Shown piece after piece: positions 27,477-37,219 of a stretch of DNA of 64,000 nucleotides. The position numbers and the translations under genes were made by a program. How positions within the stretch are numbered: the stretch's first letter is position 1; every line of letters begins with the position of its first letter. Source of the stretch: Candidatus Heimdallarchaeum aukensis (GTDB lineage: Archaea; Asgardarchaeota; Heimdallarchaeia; Heimdallarchaeales; Heimdallarchaeaceae); the NCBI GenBank assembly GCA_021513695.1, contig CP084166.1:800001-864000 (forward strand), in the 5' to 3' direction. The notes beneath the pieces are model-generated. The model had not been told where the DNA came from. It worked only from the letters and a program-made list of their open reading frames with translations, and made no database searches.

Positions 27477-29156
27477 TTAGGAAATTGAAGATTCCTTAAC
27501 TATACATATAATGGGAGAATTGATTACATAATATTCTTCTAGTGAAGAATTTTGGACGTTTGCAAAAGCAAAAGTTAAACTTGTTCCAGCAGAGAACGAG
27601 GAATTAACTTTTCCAACTATTGAAAAGATACCTGTAGAATTTATTAGTACTTTTGAATAGTTTTCTTCTGTCTGGGTAATCGAAATCTGTGAATTTAGTT
27701 CAGTAGAATTTACAGAATAAATGTAACTGAATGAATCGAAATAGTCATTATTGTTTGAGTCATATATCAGACTATTAAAGATGATAATGTTAATATCGAA
27801 TCCTTTAGGAATATTTGAATAAAAGGAACTTATGTTCATTACACAAGAGAAAGTACCGTTAGTGAAAACATCCATTTGTTCAATAATAATGGTCGAATTA
27901 GCTTCCCAATGGGGATAGAATATTTTTCCCCCATCAAATAAATTGTTGTTACTGATTGATGAAAGAAAAGAAATAAGTGGAAAAGGAATACAAATTAGTA
28001 AAATAAGTAAAGATGTAAAAATAACTCTTTTGGCAGTTGAAGAGAGTTTAAAACTTTTTTTGGTTATTTGTTCAGTAATTTTTTTGATCAGTAGAAAGCT
28101 TTTTGCCTTTTTACTTTTCCAATATTTAAGTATTTCAAATAGAATAAGAGGAAGATAGAATAAAAGAAATACTACAAAAAGAGCTTTTTCAAGAGTGAAA
28201 GGAATATAATCGGTTGAAGGTATTGAAATACCAAAAAGGACGATTGTAGTTTTAACTGCTACCTGAGAAACGTGATGATTCCAAAAAGATACAGAATACA
28301 GGAATAAAACAATAAAAACAACTGATGAAAGAACTATTTTTACCAATGATAATTTAGTCGAAATAGTTTTTTCCAAATCGTTTTTTGTTTTATTCTCTAT
28401 CGCAGGTTTTTTTGAGATCTTTTCTAGAAGGAAGTTTAGAAAACTATAGATTACAATATTAACAAGAATAAAAAGAATATACCATAAGATAGCAAATCTG
28501 GAGAAAAATAGACTAAAGGTTCCACTTAAAGCTATAACAAACACACCTACAAAACTAATAGCAACAGAAGATAAAACTGGAAGATTTGATATTCTATCAA
28601 TTACATAATTGATGTTTTGATTTTCACTAGTTCTATTTGGTTTTTCTTCATGAGAAACTAGAAGAATTAACCCTTCTAAAAGTAGAACTAAAGGAAGCAA
28701 AAAAGAACTGAGAATAAATAAAGGATTAAAAGATAAACTCAAATAAAAGGAAGAGTTTTCGATCATCTTGACAACCCAAAAGGCAGTTATCGCTACTTTG
28801 TAGTTATATATTAGAAACAAATAATCAGTCAATTTAGAAAAAGCAAACATGATCAAGAAAATACCTGTTTTTCTATTATTTACAAAAACAAGATAATTTA
28901 TTGACAACACAACAAATATAGTAAACAAAGCTAAAAAGATGAAAGAAAGCATAGATTCATTTGTATTCTTAATAGTAGAGAGAGAATTTTGAATCGTAGC
29001 TGTATCCTCTTTTAATTGAGTTGAAGAAACATAAGCTCTACCAAAAACAAAGGAAGTTAGGTGTGCTGTTAAAAGGTTTAAGAAAGACAAAATTAAGGCT
29101 ATTGAATTTAGAATTAAAACTGTTATTAATACAATTTTTTTTCTCATTTTCTTCAC
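27477..29156 (-). CDS. Polytopic membrane protein (559 aa) with a C-terminal extracytoplasmic domain
   Basis: About 12 hydrophobic segments followed by an N-x-S/T-rich soluble tail. Confidence 0.55.
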   Translation of the reverse strand: MKKMRKKIVLITVLILNSIALILSFLNLLTAHLTSFVFGRAYVSSTQLKEDTATIQNSLSTIKNTNESMLSFIFLALFTIFVVLSINYLVFVNNRKTGIFLIMFAFSKLTDYLFLIYNYKVAITAFWVVKMIENSSFYLSLSFNPLFILSSFLLPLVLLLEGLILLVSHEEKPNRTSENQNINYVIDRISNLPVLSSVAISFVGVFVIALSGTFSLFFSRFAILWYILFILVNIVIYSFLNFLLEKISKKPAIENKTKNDLEKTISTKLSLVKIVLSSVVFIVLFLYSVSFWNHHVSQVAVKTTIVLFGISIPSTDYIPFTLEKALFVVFLLFYLPLILFEILKYWKSKKAKSFLLIKKITEQITKKSFKLSSTAKRVIFTSLLILLICIPFPLISFLSSISNNNLFDGGKIFYPHWEANSTIIIEQMDVFTNGTFSCVMNISSFYSNIPKGFDINIIIFNSLIYDSNNNDYFDSFSYIYSVNSTELNSQISITQTEENYSKVLINSTGIFSIVGKVNSSFSAGTSLTFAFANVQNSSLEEYYVINSPIICIVKESSIS

Positions 29157-29499
29157 TTAGTCAACATCTATCCCTAAAATAGCAACCTTTATTAACATTT
29201 CCAATTATTTTTCCATACAATGTTTATTCATATCTATCTGCGAGAGCATACTCATTGACTATAGTATCCCTGGTCAAGAAAGAATATAGTATCTAAATTA
29301 TAGATTACTAGCTCTGGAAAGACTACATACAATACGCAGAAGATATGAAATCTGTTTTTATTAAGTTTGTTTATTATTAAACAAGAATATTAACACAACT
29401 GAACAGATCATTTATTTTCTGCGGAAGTTATGTTTGTCTTTTCTTTGAACAATTTCCCCACAATACCATCTTTGCTTTAGGGACTGATATTCACCCTCG

Positions 29500-30606
29500 G
29501 TGAAAAAAATGATAAAAATAGAAAATATAGAAAAAACCTACTTTAGTAAAAAAATAGAATTCACTCTATTCGTAAGAAATGTAAAGAAAAAAGGAAAAGA
29601 AATCAAAAAGTCTAAACCTACTGCTTCCAGTATTAGTGAAACAAAAGTCCACTACAACCCTCTATTTAAGACTGAAAAAAAGAAAACCTATGCTCTTCGA
29701 GGAATTAGTCTGAATATTAGAGAAGGAGAAATATTTGGTTTACTTGGTCCTAATGGCGCTGGAAAGACTACACTAACAAAAATAATATCTACACTTATTA
29801 TCCCCGATAAAGGTAATATCTTAGTCAATGGATATAATGTAGTTAGTAAAGTCAAACAAGCACGTGCTTCAATAGGTTTAGTAACAGGTGGAGAACGTTC
29901 ACTCTATTGGAAACTTACTCCTCTTGAAAATTTATCTTTCTTTGGTAGAATGTATTACCTATCAAAAAAAGAAAGTTTAGAAAGAGCTAAAGAATTGATT
30001 GAAATCTTTGGGTTAGAGGAAAAGAAAAATGATCTTGTTCAAAACTTAAGTACTGGACAGAAGATGAAAGTAGCTTTTGCCCGTGCTTTGATGCACGACC
30101 CCCCAGTTTTACTACTGGATGAATACAATAGAGGACTAGACCCCCAAGCTTCAAAAGACCTTAGAGATTTCATAAAAAAAGTTCTACAGAAAGAGCAAAA
30201 CAAGACAATATTACTTTGTACTCACGATATGGTAGTTGCAGATAATTTGTCTGATAGAGTTGGACTAATTTTTCAAGGAAAAATTGTAGCTTTGGATACT
30301 CCTGAAAAATTGAAAAGTTCTCTAAAATTCAGAACAAAATTAACCTTTGTTACAGATAAACCAATTGCCCCTCTAGTTGAAAAATATGAAGGAGTTAGTA
30401 TTCTTACAACAAAAAACGTTGAAGGAGAAAACACAACAATTCTCACTCTAAAAAACGGTTTATCTAGTATTGAAATAATGGACTATATAAGAGGAAAAGA
30501 CTGTTTCATTAAAAACTTTGAAGTAAACCATGCTAGTCTAGAAGATGTATTCCTTTCTTTTACAGGAAGGAAACTAGAAGAGATAGAAAACGGAGAGGAG
30601 GACTGA
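29500..30606 (+). CDS. ABC transporter ATP-binding protein (ABC-2 type) with an N-terminal K-rich extension
   Basis: Walker A GPNGAGKTT, signature LSTGQKMKV, Walker B LLLDE, H-loop CTHDM. Confidence 0.85.
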   Translation: MKKMIKIENIEKTYFSKKIEFTLFVRNVKKKGKEIKKSKPTASSISETKVHYNPLFKTEKKKTYALRGISLNIREGEIFGLLGPNGAGKTTLTKIISTLIIPDKGNILVNGYNVVSKVKQARASIGLVTGGERSLYWKLTPLENLSFFGRMYYLSKKESLERAKELIEIFGLEEKKNDLVQNLSTGQKMKVAFARALMHDPPVLLLDEYNRGLDPQASKDLRDFIKKVLQKEQNKTILLCTHDMVVADNLSDRVGLIFQGKIVALDTPEKLKSSLKFRTKLTFVTDKPIAPLVEKYEGVSILTTKNVEGENTTILTLKNGLSSIEIMDYIRGKDCFIKNFEVNHASLEDVFLSFTGRKLEEIENGEED

Positions 30607-30610
30607 TAAG

Positions 30611-31516
30611 TTGGTTAGCCAAACAATAGAACTGAGAAGAACAAAAGCTGCGATGTTAAACGAAAAATTACTGTATAGAGCTAATAAAAGATCCTTCAAA
30701 AACTCATTACGTGTAATTCTAGCTTATGCTTGGAAGAATCTACAAAATGATCTTCGCTATTTAGGAAGTTGGATTTACTGGATGGTTGTTCCATTATTAT
30801 GGCTTATTCCATACGCATTTCAAGGAAAAGCTCTTCTTGGAGATTCAGACTCAAGTTTCTTCCTTAAATATGGAGGAACTGGAGACTATTTCTCCTATGT
30901 AGCTTTAGGATTTATTCTCTTCAACATCGTCGACTCTGCTATTTGGGGCGCAGGAAATAGGTTGAGATGGGAACAAAAAAGTGGAACTTTCGAATATATA
31001 TGGATTACACCAATTTCAAGGGTAGAATTGCTTCTAGGTTCAAGTTTTTCAGAACTTGTTTGGATAGCATTTGTATGTACAACCCAGTTCCTTATTCTTA
31101 ACTTTGCTCTATCTTGGACATTCACAATAATACAAATATTACTAGCGCTAGTCGTAATAATAGTAACAATAGCTGGTTTATTCAGTTTTAGTTTCATATT
31201 TGCAAGCATAATATTAATTTTCAAAGAACCAGGAACTTTAAGTGAATTAACAGATATATCGCTGAATATATTTCTACCTGTGAGATACCCTTTACGTATT
31301 CTTCCACCTTTCTTACGATGGATAGGATATACAATACCTTTTGCTTACGGATTCTTCTCAATTAGAGCTTTCACTTTAGCACGAGAATATAATCTAGGTT
31401 TCGTATGGTTAGCTATACAGCTTGTTCTATCAACGATCATGTGGATAGTAGGTTTGAAAATATTCAAACGTATAGAACATCGAACTAGAAAAATAGGACA
31501 GATAGGAGCGTATTAA
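30611..31516 (+). CDS. ABC-2 family transporter permease
   Basis: 6-TM protein directly downstream of the ATPase. Confidence 0.7.
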   Translation: MVSQTIELRRTKAAMLNEKLLYRANKRSFKNSLRVILAYAWKNLQNDLRYLGSWIYWMVVPLLWLIPYAFQGKALLGDSDSSFFLKYGGTGDYFSYVALGFILFNIVDSAIWGAGNRLRWEQKSGTFEYIWITPISRVELLLGSSFSELVWIAFVCTTQFLILNFALSWTFTIIQILLALVVIIVTIAGLFSFSFIFASIILIFKEPGTLSELTDISLNIFLPVRYPLRILPPFLRWIGYTIPFAYGFFSIRAFTLAREYNLGFVWLAIQLVLSTIMWIVGLKIFKRIEHRTRKIGQIGAY

Positions 31517-31517
31517 G

Positions 31518-32375
31518 ATGAATGAAGAAAAATATAAAACTAAAGTAAATCAATTAAAATGTGAGCTATTTGGCTCTTTAGCAGTCTATAAGAAATCTTG
31601 GCAGGTTCAAAAACGTTACCCTTTAGCTATGTTCTTCTATGCTCTTTCTCCACTCCTTTGGTTGTTACCTCATCTAATATTTAGTTCTGCACTAGTAGGA
31701 GGAAGATACTCTGAAAATCTTTATTCTTTAATTGGATACGGTGACGTGCTAATATATACTTCTCTTGGATTAGTCTTTATGGCCATATTCTCTTCATCAA
31801 TGTGGGGAACAGCTTACAGTTTTAGAGACGAAGAATTCGCAGGTACTCTTGAAAACCTATACATTACGCCCATTTCTAGATACAGCATTATTTTAGGAAA
31901 GACACTATTTTACTTATCACAGGCGCTGATAGGTTGTATAATACAACTTATAGTAATAGGAATATGGTATAGAGAGGATTTTTCTTGGACAAATTTCTTG
32001 CTGTCTTCAGTCTTCCTATTAGTGGGGTTCTTACTTATTCAAGGAACATCCCTTACTTTGATTGCTTTTGTCTTCTGGCAGAAAGAAGGGTGGAAAATCA
32101 TACTACTAGGTGAATCTTTGATTTTGTTTATTACTCCTGTAACTTTTCCTATAGTCGTTCTTCCAACATTATTACAAAATATTGCAAAATTTAATCCTCT
32201 AAATTATGCAATAGAAGGATTCAGGAATGCTTTTCTCTTTGGAAACACTGGTTCTGTTCAAATGTATTTCCTTATACTTATACTGATTCTACCATTCGCC
32301 ACTGCTGTAGGAATAACTATTTTCCACTTCGCAGAAAAATGGTTGAGAAAAAAAGCTCTTATAGGTCAATATTAA
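31518..32375 (+). CDS. ABC-2 family transporter permease (second subunit)
   Basis: 6-TM protein starting 2 nt after the previous stop. Confidence 0.7.
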   Translation: MNEEKYKTKVNQLKCELFGSLAVYKKSWQVQKRYPLAMFFYALSPLLWLLPHLIFSSALVGGRYSENLYSLIGYGDVLIYTSLGLVFMAIFSSSMWGTAYSFRDEEFAGTLENLYITPISRYSIILGKTLFYLSQALIGCIIQLIVIGIWYREDFSWTNFLLSSVFLLVGFLLIQGTSLTLIAFVFWQKEGWKIILLGESLILFITPVTFPIVVLPTLLQNIAKFNPLNYAIEGFRNAFLFGNTGSVQMYFLILILILPFATAVGITIFHFAEKWLRKKALIGQY

Positions 32376-32445
32376 AAATTAAAAAATTATTTTTTTTTCT
32401 TAATTTTTTTTAGCTGTTTTTGTGTCAAGGAGTAGGGTTATTTAG
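32376..32445. terminator. T-rich putative terminator between convergent genes
   Basis: attatttttttttcttaatttttttttagctgtttttgtg. Confidence 0.35.
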
Positions 32446-32916
32446 TTACTCGTCGTCGTCGAATTTTACACCATACTTCCATATTTTGTCTAAAACTTTC
32501 TCTTCTTCTACTGTTAGTTCTGAAATGAGATTTTTAAGCCCTTTTAGGATTGCTTCATGTCTTTGAACTTCTCCTAAAATATTATTAAGTATAGCCTTCG
32601 TTTTTTGATCTGTAATTTTATCAATAATAGCTTTATTTTGGTTTATAATGTTCCATTCTAGTTCAATGACTGTATCTAACGTTTTAAGAACATTTTCTTT
32701 TGTTTCTTCTGGTATTGCTTGATTCAGTCCTTGCGCCCTATCCAACAATCCTTTAAGTATTAATATATGCTTCTTTGCATCAAATCCTATTCCATTCATT
32801 AATGCTTCAATTAGTGTATTTCCTACAGCAAAATCATAATAAGTGAGCAAATCTGCTATTTTCTCCTTTACCTCTATCATTTGTCTTAATTGCATAATAA
32901 ATGCTTCTTTTTCCAT
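32446..32916 (-). CDS. Hypothetical all-helical protein (156 aa)
   Basis: ORF only. Confidence 0.5.
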   Translation of the reverse strand: MEKEAFIMQLRQMIEVKEKIADLLTYYDFAVGNTLIEALMNGIGFDAKKHILILKGLLDRAQGLNQAIPEETKENVLKTLDTVIELEWNIINQNKAIIDKITDQKTKAILNNILGEVQRHEAILKGLKNLISELTVEEEKVLDKIWKYGVKFDDDE

Positions 32917-33147
32917 TTTGATTACCTTTTTCGATTCTTAACAATATAATGTTGGAAGTGCAATTAAAAGTTTTCGCAGAACTTGCCCTTTTCACTTTAA
33001 AAAGGAGAATATGTTGTGTAAACTAAAGCACAGAGAGGTAAGAAGTAGGAAAAAAAAATTCTATTACTGTCCTTTTCTGTTCTTATTTAACGTTTCAATA
33101 GAAATTTTAAATATAGGCACAGATTCTTTAATTGCGGATGATTTTAA

Positions 33148-34065
33148 ATGAAAAAAGTTATCTCCGTAAGTTTGGGTTCAAAAACAAGAGATTATAAGAG
33201 AGAATATGAACTTGGAGGAGAAAAAATCCAAGTTCAAAGAATAGGTACAGATGGTTCATTGAAAAAATACAAAGAACTTCTCGAAAAATATGATGGAAAA
33301 ATAGATGCTTTTGGTATCGGAGGATTTGATGCTTATCTTTGTAGAAAAAAAAAGAAATACAAGATCAGAGATTTTTGGAAATTAGTAAAAAATGTCAAAA
33401 AAACGCCTTTTTTAGATGGGGGAGGAATAAAAAGTACATTAGAAAGTGAAATATTTCAGTTTGTAGAGAAAAAGCTTCCTGAGGAAGTTGATGAAGATCG
33501 TTCTACTTTAGTTATGAGTGCTGTTGACCGCTGGGGGCAAGCTGAATCTGCTTGGAAATTCGTAAACAAAAATAAAAAACTCATTACTTTTGGTGATCTT
33601 ATCTGGGGATTAAAATTAGGAATTCCTTTACACTCACTAAAGACAGTAAATGCACTGGCAATATTTCTTACACCGATTGTAGTTAGACTACCATTCAGCA
33701 TGCTCTATCCAACAGGAGATAAACAAACAGAGTTTAAGCCTTACAAAACCAAATATTTCAAGAAAGCTAAATTCATTGCAGGAGATTTCCATTTTATCAA
33801 CAGAAACATGCCTAACGAAGGAATGGAAGGAAAAATAATCATTACTAATACAACAACAGAAGAGAATGTAGAACGACTAAAAGAATTAGGGGTAAAATAC
33901 ATCATTACTTCAACACCAAGAATAGAAGGAAGATCATTTGGAACAAATGTTCTTGAAGCGTGTATTGTTGCAATAAGCGGAAAGAATAGAGAACTAACAA
34001 TGGAAGAGTATAGAGAATATCTGAAGAAGTTTAATATTGAACCCGTTATAGAAAAACTAAACTAA
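33148..34065 (+). CDS. Hypothetical protein (305 aa)
   Basis: ORF immediately upstream of and co-oriented with carS. No family recognised with confidence. Confidence 0.5.
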   Translation: MKKVISVSLGSKTRDYKREYELGGEKIQVQRIGTDGSLKKYKELLEKYDGKIDAFGIGGFDAYLCRKKKKYKIRDFWKLVKNVKKTPFLDGGGIKSTLESEIFQFVEKKLPEEVDEDRSTLVMSAVDRWGQAESAWKFVNKNKKLITFGDLIWGLKLGIPLHSLKTVNALAIFLTPIVVRLPFSMLYPTGDKQTEFKPYKTKYFKKAKFIAGDFHFINRNMPNEGMEGKIIITNTTTEENVERLKELGVKYIITSTPRIEGRSFGTNVLEACIVAISGKNRELTMEEYREYLKKFNIEPVIEKLN

Positions 34066-34142
34066 CTCTCTTTTTTTTCTAATTTTTTGTTTTTTTTGAG
34101 ATTGATGTGAAATATTTTTAAATTCACGCTAAAGAATAAATT

Positions 34143-34691
34143 ATGACCTCAGAATTTGTTACAAATTCTTTCTTTGGACTAGTTTTTGTTTTACCAGTAT
34201 TCATGTGTAACGCTTTTGCAGGTTTTATGGGGGCTCTTTTCAAGAAATTAGGTAAAATTTATCCAATGGATGGAGGAAGAAAATGGAAAGATGGAAATCC
34301 TCTTTTAGGTGATCACAAGACTTGGCCAGGTTTTATAGGAGGATTAATCGCAGGTACGATAACTGGAATACTATTGTGGCATTATAATAACCTAAACTCT
34401 TTCTTTTTATGCACTTATCCTTGGTATATAGGTATTCTGATGGGTGTAGGCGATCATTTTGCTGATTTGATGGGTTCTTTCATAAAAAGAAGAATGGGAA
34501 AAAAAAGCGGTGCTTCTCTTCCTCTATATGACCAAGGCTCATGGATGGTTACAGGTGCACTCATAGCTTTACCCTTTTGTAAGCCTATAATTTGGATTTA
34601 CTACATCGTACCCATAGTTCTTACTCCCTTAATCCACGTAATCGCTGGTTTTATTGCTCTCTGGACTGGAATAAAAGATGTATGGTACTAA
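34143..34691 (+). CDS. carS: CDP-archaeol synthase (CTP:2,3-di-O-geranylgeranyl-sn-glycero-1-phosphate cytidylyltransferase)
   Basis: ~180-aa membrane protein with PMDGGRKWKDGNPLLGDHKTWPGFIGGLIAG, matching the CarS (DUF46) signature DGGR...G.NKTW.G..GG. Confidence 0.75.
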   Translation: MTSEFVTNSFFGLVFVLPVFMCNAFAGFMGALFKKLGKIYPMDGGRKWKDGNPLLGDHKTWPGFIGGLIAGTITGILLWHYNNLNSFFLCTYPWYIGILMGVGDHFADLMGSFIKRRMGKKSGASLPLYDQGSWMVTGALIALPFCKPIIWIYYIVPIVLTPLIHVIAGFIALWTGIKDVWY

Positions 34692-34773
34692 TTAGTAGAA
34701 ACGAGTAAAACTGTTCTTGCTTTTATTTTATAGTTTCAAGTAATAATTTAAAAACTAGACAATTCATTAGAAC

Positions 34774-35586
34774 GTGAAAAAAATGAAATTCGATATTATT
34801 ATTCTTGCTGGAAAATCAAAAATGGATGACCCATTATTGAACTATATTTACGAGAGATATAATAAAAAATACGAGTCTAAAGTTTTAATAGAAAATAACG
34901 GTGTTCCTTTTCTTAGACTTATATGTGATGTTTTACGCGAGTGTCCATCAATAGGGGATATTTACATTGCAGGATTGACAGAGAACGATATTGAACTCCC
35001 TTATCCTGTTCACTTTTTAGATGTAGGCAAAGAAACGAGTACAACTGATAAAATAGAATACTGGATTAATAATTATTTATCCAAAAAGAATCCTGTTCCA
35101 AGTTTAGCTTTGATTATGAGCGGAGATATTCCAACAGTTAAGCCCGAACATATTGAAGATTTTATTAGTAAAATAAAAGATAAAGAATGTGACTTCCACT
35201 ATGGAGTAGTAGAACAAACTGATATGGAAAGAGTTTTTCCTGGGAGCAATAGATCTTATGCTAAACTAAAAGATGGTAACTTCTGCGGTTCTGATATATT
35301 TGGAATCAATCCTCAAACAATCCTCAAGTATTCTAAAACTTTTAGAGAACTAACATCAAAGAGAAAAAGTTTCTTGAAGCAAGCTTTCTTCGTCTCTCCT
35401 TTTAAATTCATCAAGATCGTTCTAAGACGAGCTACACTTCAAGAAGTAATTAACATAGCAGAAAAAGCTTTAAAGATGAGTGTTGATATCCAAAGATTAT
35501 CTTATCCAGAGTTAGCAATGGATATAGATAAACCCTTTCAATATGAAATAGTAAAAAGATATTTGGAAAATGAAGAACAAGTGTAA
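34774..35586 (+). CDS. MobA-like nucleotidyltransferase (NTP_transf_3 family), substrate unknown
   Basis: IIILAGKSK glycine-rich N-terminus and IMSGDIPTV (SGDxP) motif. Confidence 0.55.
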   Translation: MKKMKFDIIILAGKSKMDDPLLNYIYERYNKKYESKVLIENNGVPFLRLICDVLRECPSIGDIYIAGLTENDIELPYPVHFLDVGKETSTTDKIEYWINNYLSKKNPVPSLALIMSGDIPTVKPEHIEDFISKIKDKECDFHYGVVEQTDMERVFPGSNRSYAKLKDGNFCGSDIFGINPQTILKYSKTFRELTSKRKSFLKQAFFVSPFKFIKIVLRRATLQEVINIAEKALKMSVDIQRLSYPELAMDIDKPFQYEIVKRYLENEEQV

Positions 35587-35649
35587 GAAGTAGAAAAAAT
35601 TAAAATTTCATTTTTCAATTTTGAACAAGAACTGGAAAGAAGATCAGAG

Positions 35650-36210
35650 ATGCCTAAAAATAAATTTGTTCAAACGCTCTTAAAATATGATGAAAAAATT
35701 TCTAAAAAAGTAGCTATTAAGCTAAAATCAATTCAAAAAATACTTGGATTCATTTCTCTTTCAGGAAATTCTCAACCTTGGATTATTTTATCCGCTGTGT
35801 TCTTTATTTTTAATGATTTCTTCACCCGTATTCAGAACCTCTCACAGATTATAGCCGTTCTTTTTTCTGCAAGTATAGTAGGAATAGTTAAAATAATCGT
35901 AAAAAGAGAAAGACCCAATCATTTAATGGTAGAAGAATATATAGCAAAAGTAGATTACTACTCTTTTCCTTCTGGACATAGCACAAGAGCAATTGCTTTC
36001 TCAATTATGATAACTTATTATTATCCTGCTTATGGTTGGATATTTATTTTATGGGGATTAATCATAGCTTTTACCAGAATAGCACTCGATCTTCACTACT
36101 TTTTTGATGTAATAGCAGGAATAATATTAGGGATAATTGGAGGAGTTATAGGAATTTTTGTTTACCAGAAATTAGTAATAGTCTTGAGTGATTACTCTTT
36201 CTTCACCTAG
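35650..36210 (+). CDS. PAP2-family lipid phosphate phosphatase
   Basis: All three PAP2 motifs: KRERPN, PSGHS and R-x5-H-x3-D (RIALDLHYFFD). 4-5 TM. Confidence 0.75.
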   Translation: MPKNKFVQTLLKYDEKISKKVAIKLKSIQKILGFISLSGNSQPWIILSAVFFIFNDFFTRIQNLSQIIAVLFSASIVGIVKIIVKRERPNHLMVEEYIAKVDYYSFPSGHSTRAIAFSIMITYYYPAYGWIFILWGLIIAFTRIALDLHYFFDVIAGIILGIIGGVIGIFVYQKLVIVLSDYSFFT

Positions 36211-36275
36211 AAAATTTCACCAAATATAATTAAACAATTAGAGACCTTTATTAACTTAAAAGATTATTACTTCAC

Positions 36276-37205
36276 ATGCTAAAAAGAACAAAAGAATTTA
36301 CTCAAGAAGATTTCCAAGACAAAGATTTGCTAGTTTATGACCCTTTTTACGATAAAAGGATAAATATTCCCATTAGAAGAGGAGGAACAACTTACAATGT
36401 TAGTCTAATAGATATGAATGAAAGTCCTCTTCATCCTGATTGGACTGTTATATGCGTTCACGGTTGGGGTTCAAATGCATTAAATTATCGTTTTGTTCTA
36501 AAGTACCTTTCGTCATATTATAGAGTAATAGCTTACGATCTAAAAGGTCACGGAGAATCTGATAAAGATGAAGACACTTACGATTTAGGATTGTTTACTG
36601 AAGAGTTGGCTCAAATTATTGATCATTTTAACCCCAACAATTTAGTCTTAGTTGGACATAGTATGGGGACAGCAATAGTTATGAATTATGTCTATTTAAA
36701 TCCTGGAAGAATAAAAGCAATGGCACTTGTTTCTTCTTCTGCTGATTTTGGAGAACCTTTACCTCGTATTGTTCCTCTAGTTTTTTCCAAAGTAGATGAA
36801 AGACTCAAGAATGCTTTAATTCACGCTGGAATGGCTCTATGCGTGACCAAAGATTGTCCTAAGATTTTATTAGATATTCTTCGAGAACAAAATAAAAGAA
36901 CCCCCTACGAAGTTTATAGAAAAGCGCTTTTGAATACCATTTATCCGTGGAAAAAAGATGAGGACCTGAATAAAATAAAAGAGCCAACACTAATTATGGT
37001 TGGAGACAAAGATATCGTAACTCCTGTCTCAAATTCTGAAAAACTAAACAAACTAATTCCTAACTCCAGACTTCTTATAATTCCTAATGCTGGACACTCT
37101 GTCCTAATTGAAAAAGGTAAACATGCCGCACTTCTATTGTTAGAGTTTGTAGAATTTATAAGAGAGCAAGAACAAGCAAAACAAAAAGAAGAAAGTAAGG
37201 AATGA
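36276..37205 (+). CDS. Alpha/beta-fold hydrolase
   Basis: HGWGSN oxyanion region, GHSMG nucleophile elbow, C-terminal GH pair. Confidence 0.75.
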   Translation: MLKRTKEFTQEDFQDKDLLVYDPFYDKRINIPIRRGGTTYNVSLIDMNESPLHPDWTVICVHGWGSNALNYRFVLKYLSSYYRVIAYDLKGHGESDKDEDTYDLGLFTEELAQIIDHFNPNNLVLVGHSMGTAIVMNYVYLNPGRIKAMALVSSSADFGEPLPRIVPLVFSKVDERLKNALIHAGMALCVTKDCPKILLDILREQNKRTPYEVYRKALLNTIYPWKKDEDLNKIKEPTLIMVGDKDIVTPVSNSEKLNKLIPNSRLLIIPNAGHSVLIEKGKHAALLLLEFVEFIREQEQAKQKEESKE

Positions 37206-37219
37206 AAAAATAAAAGTAA

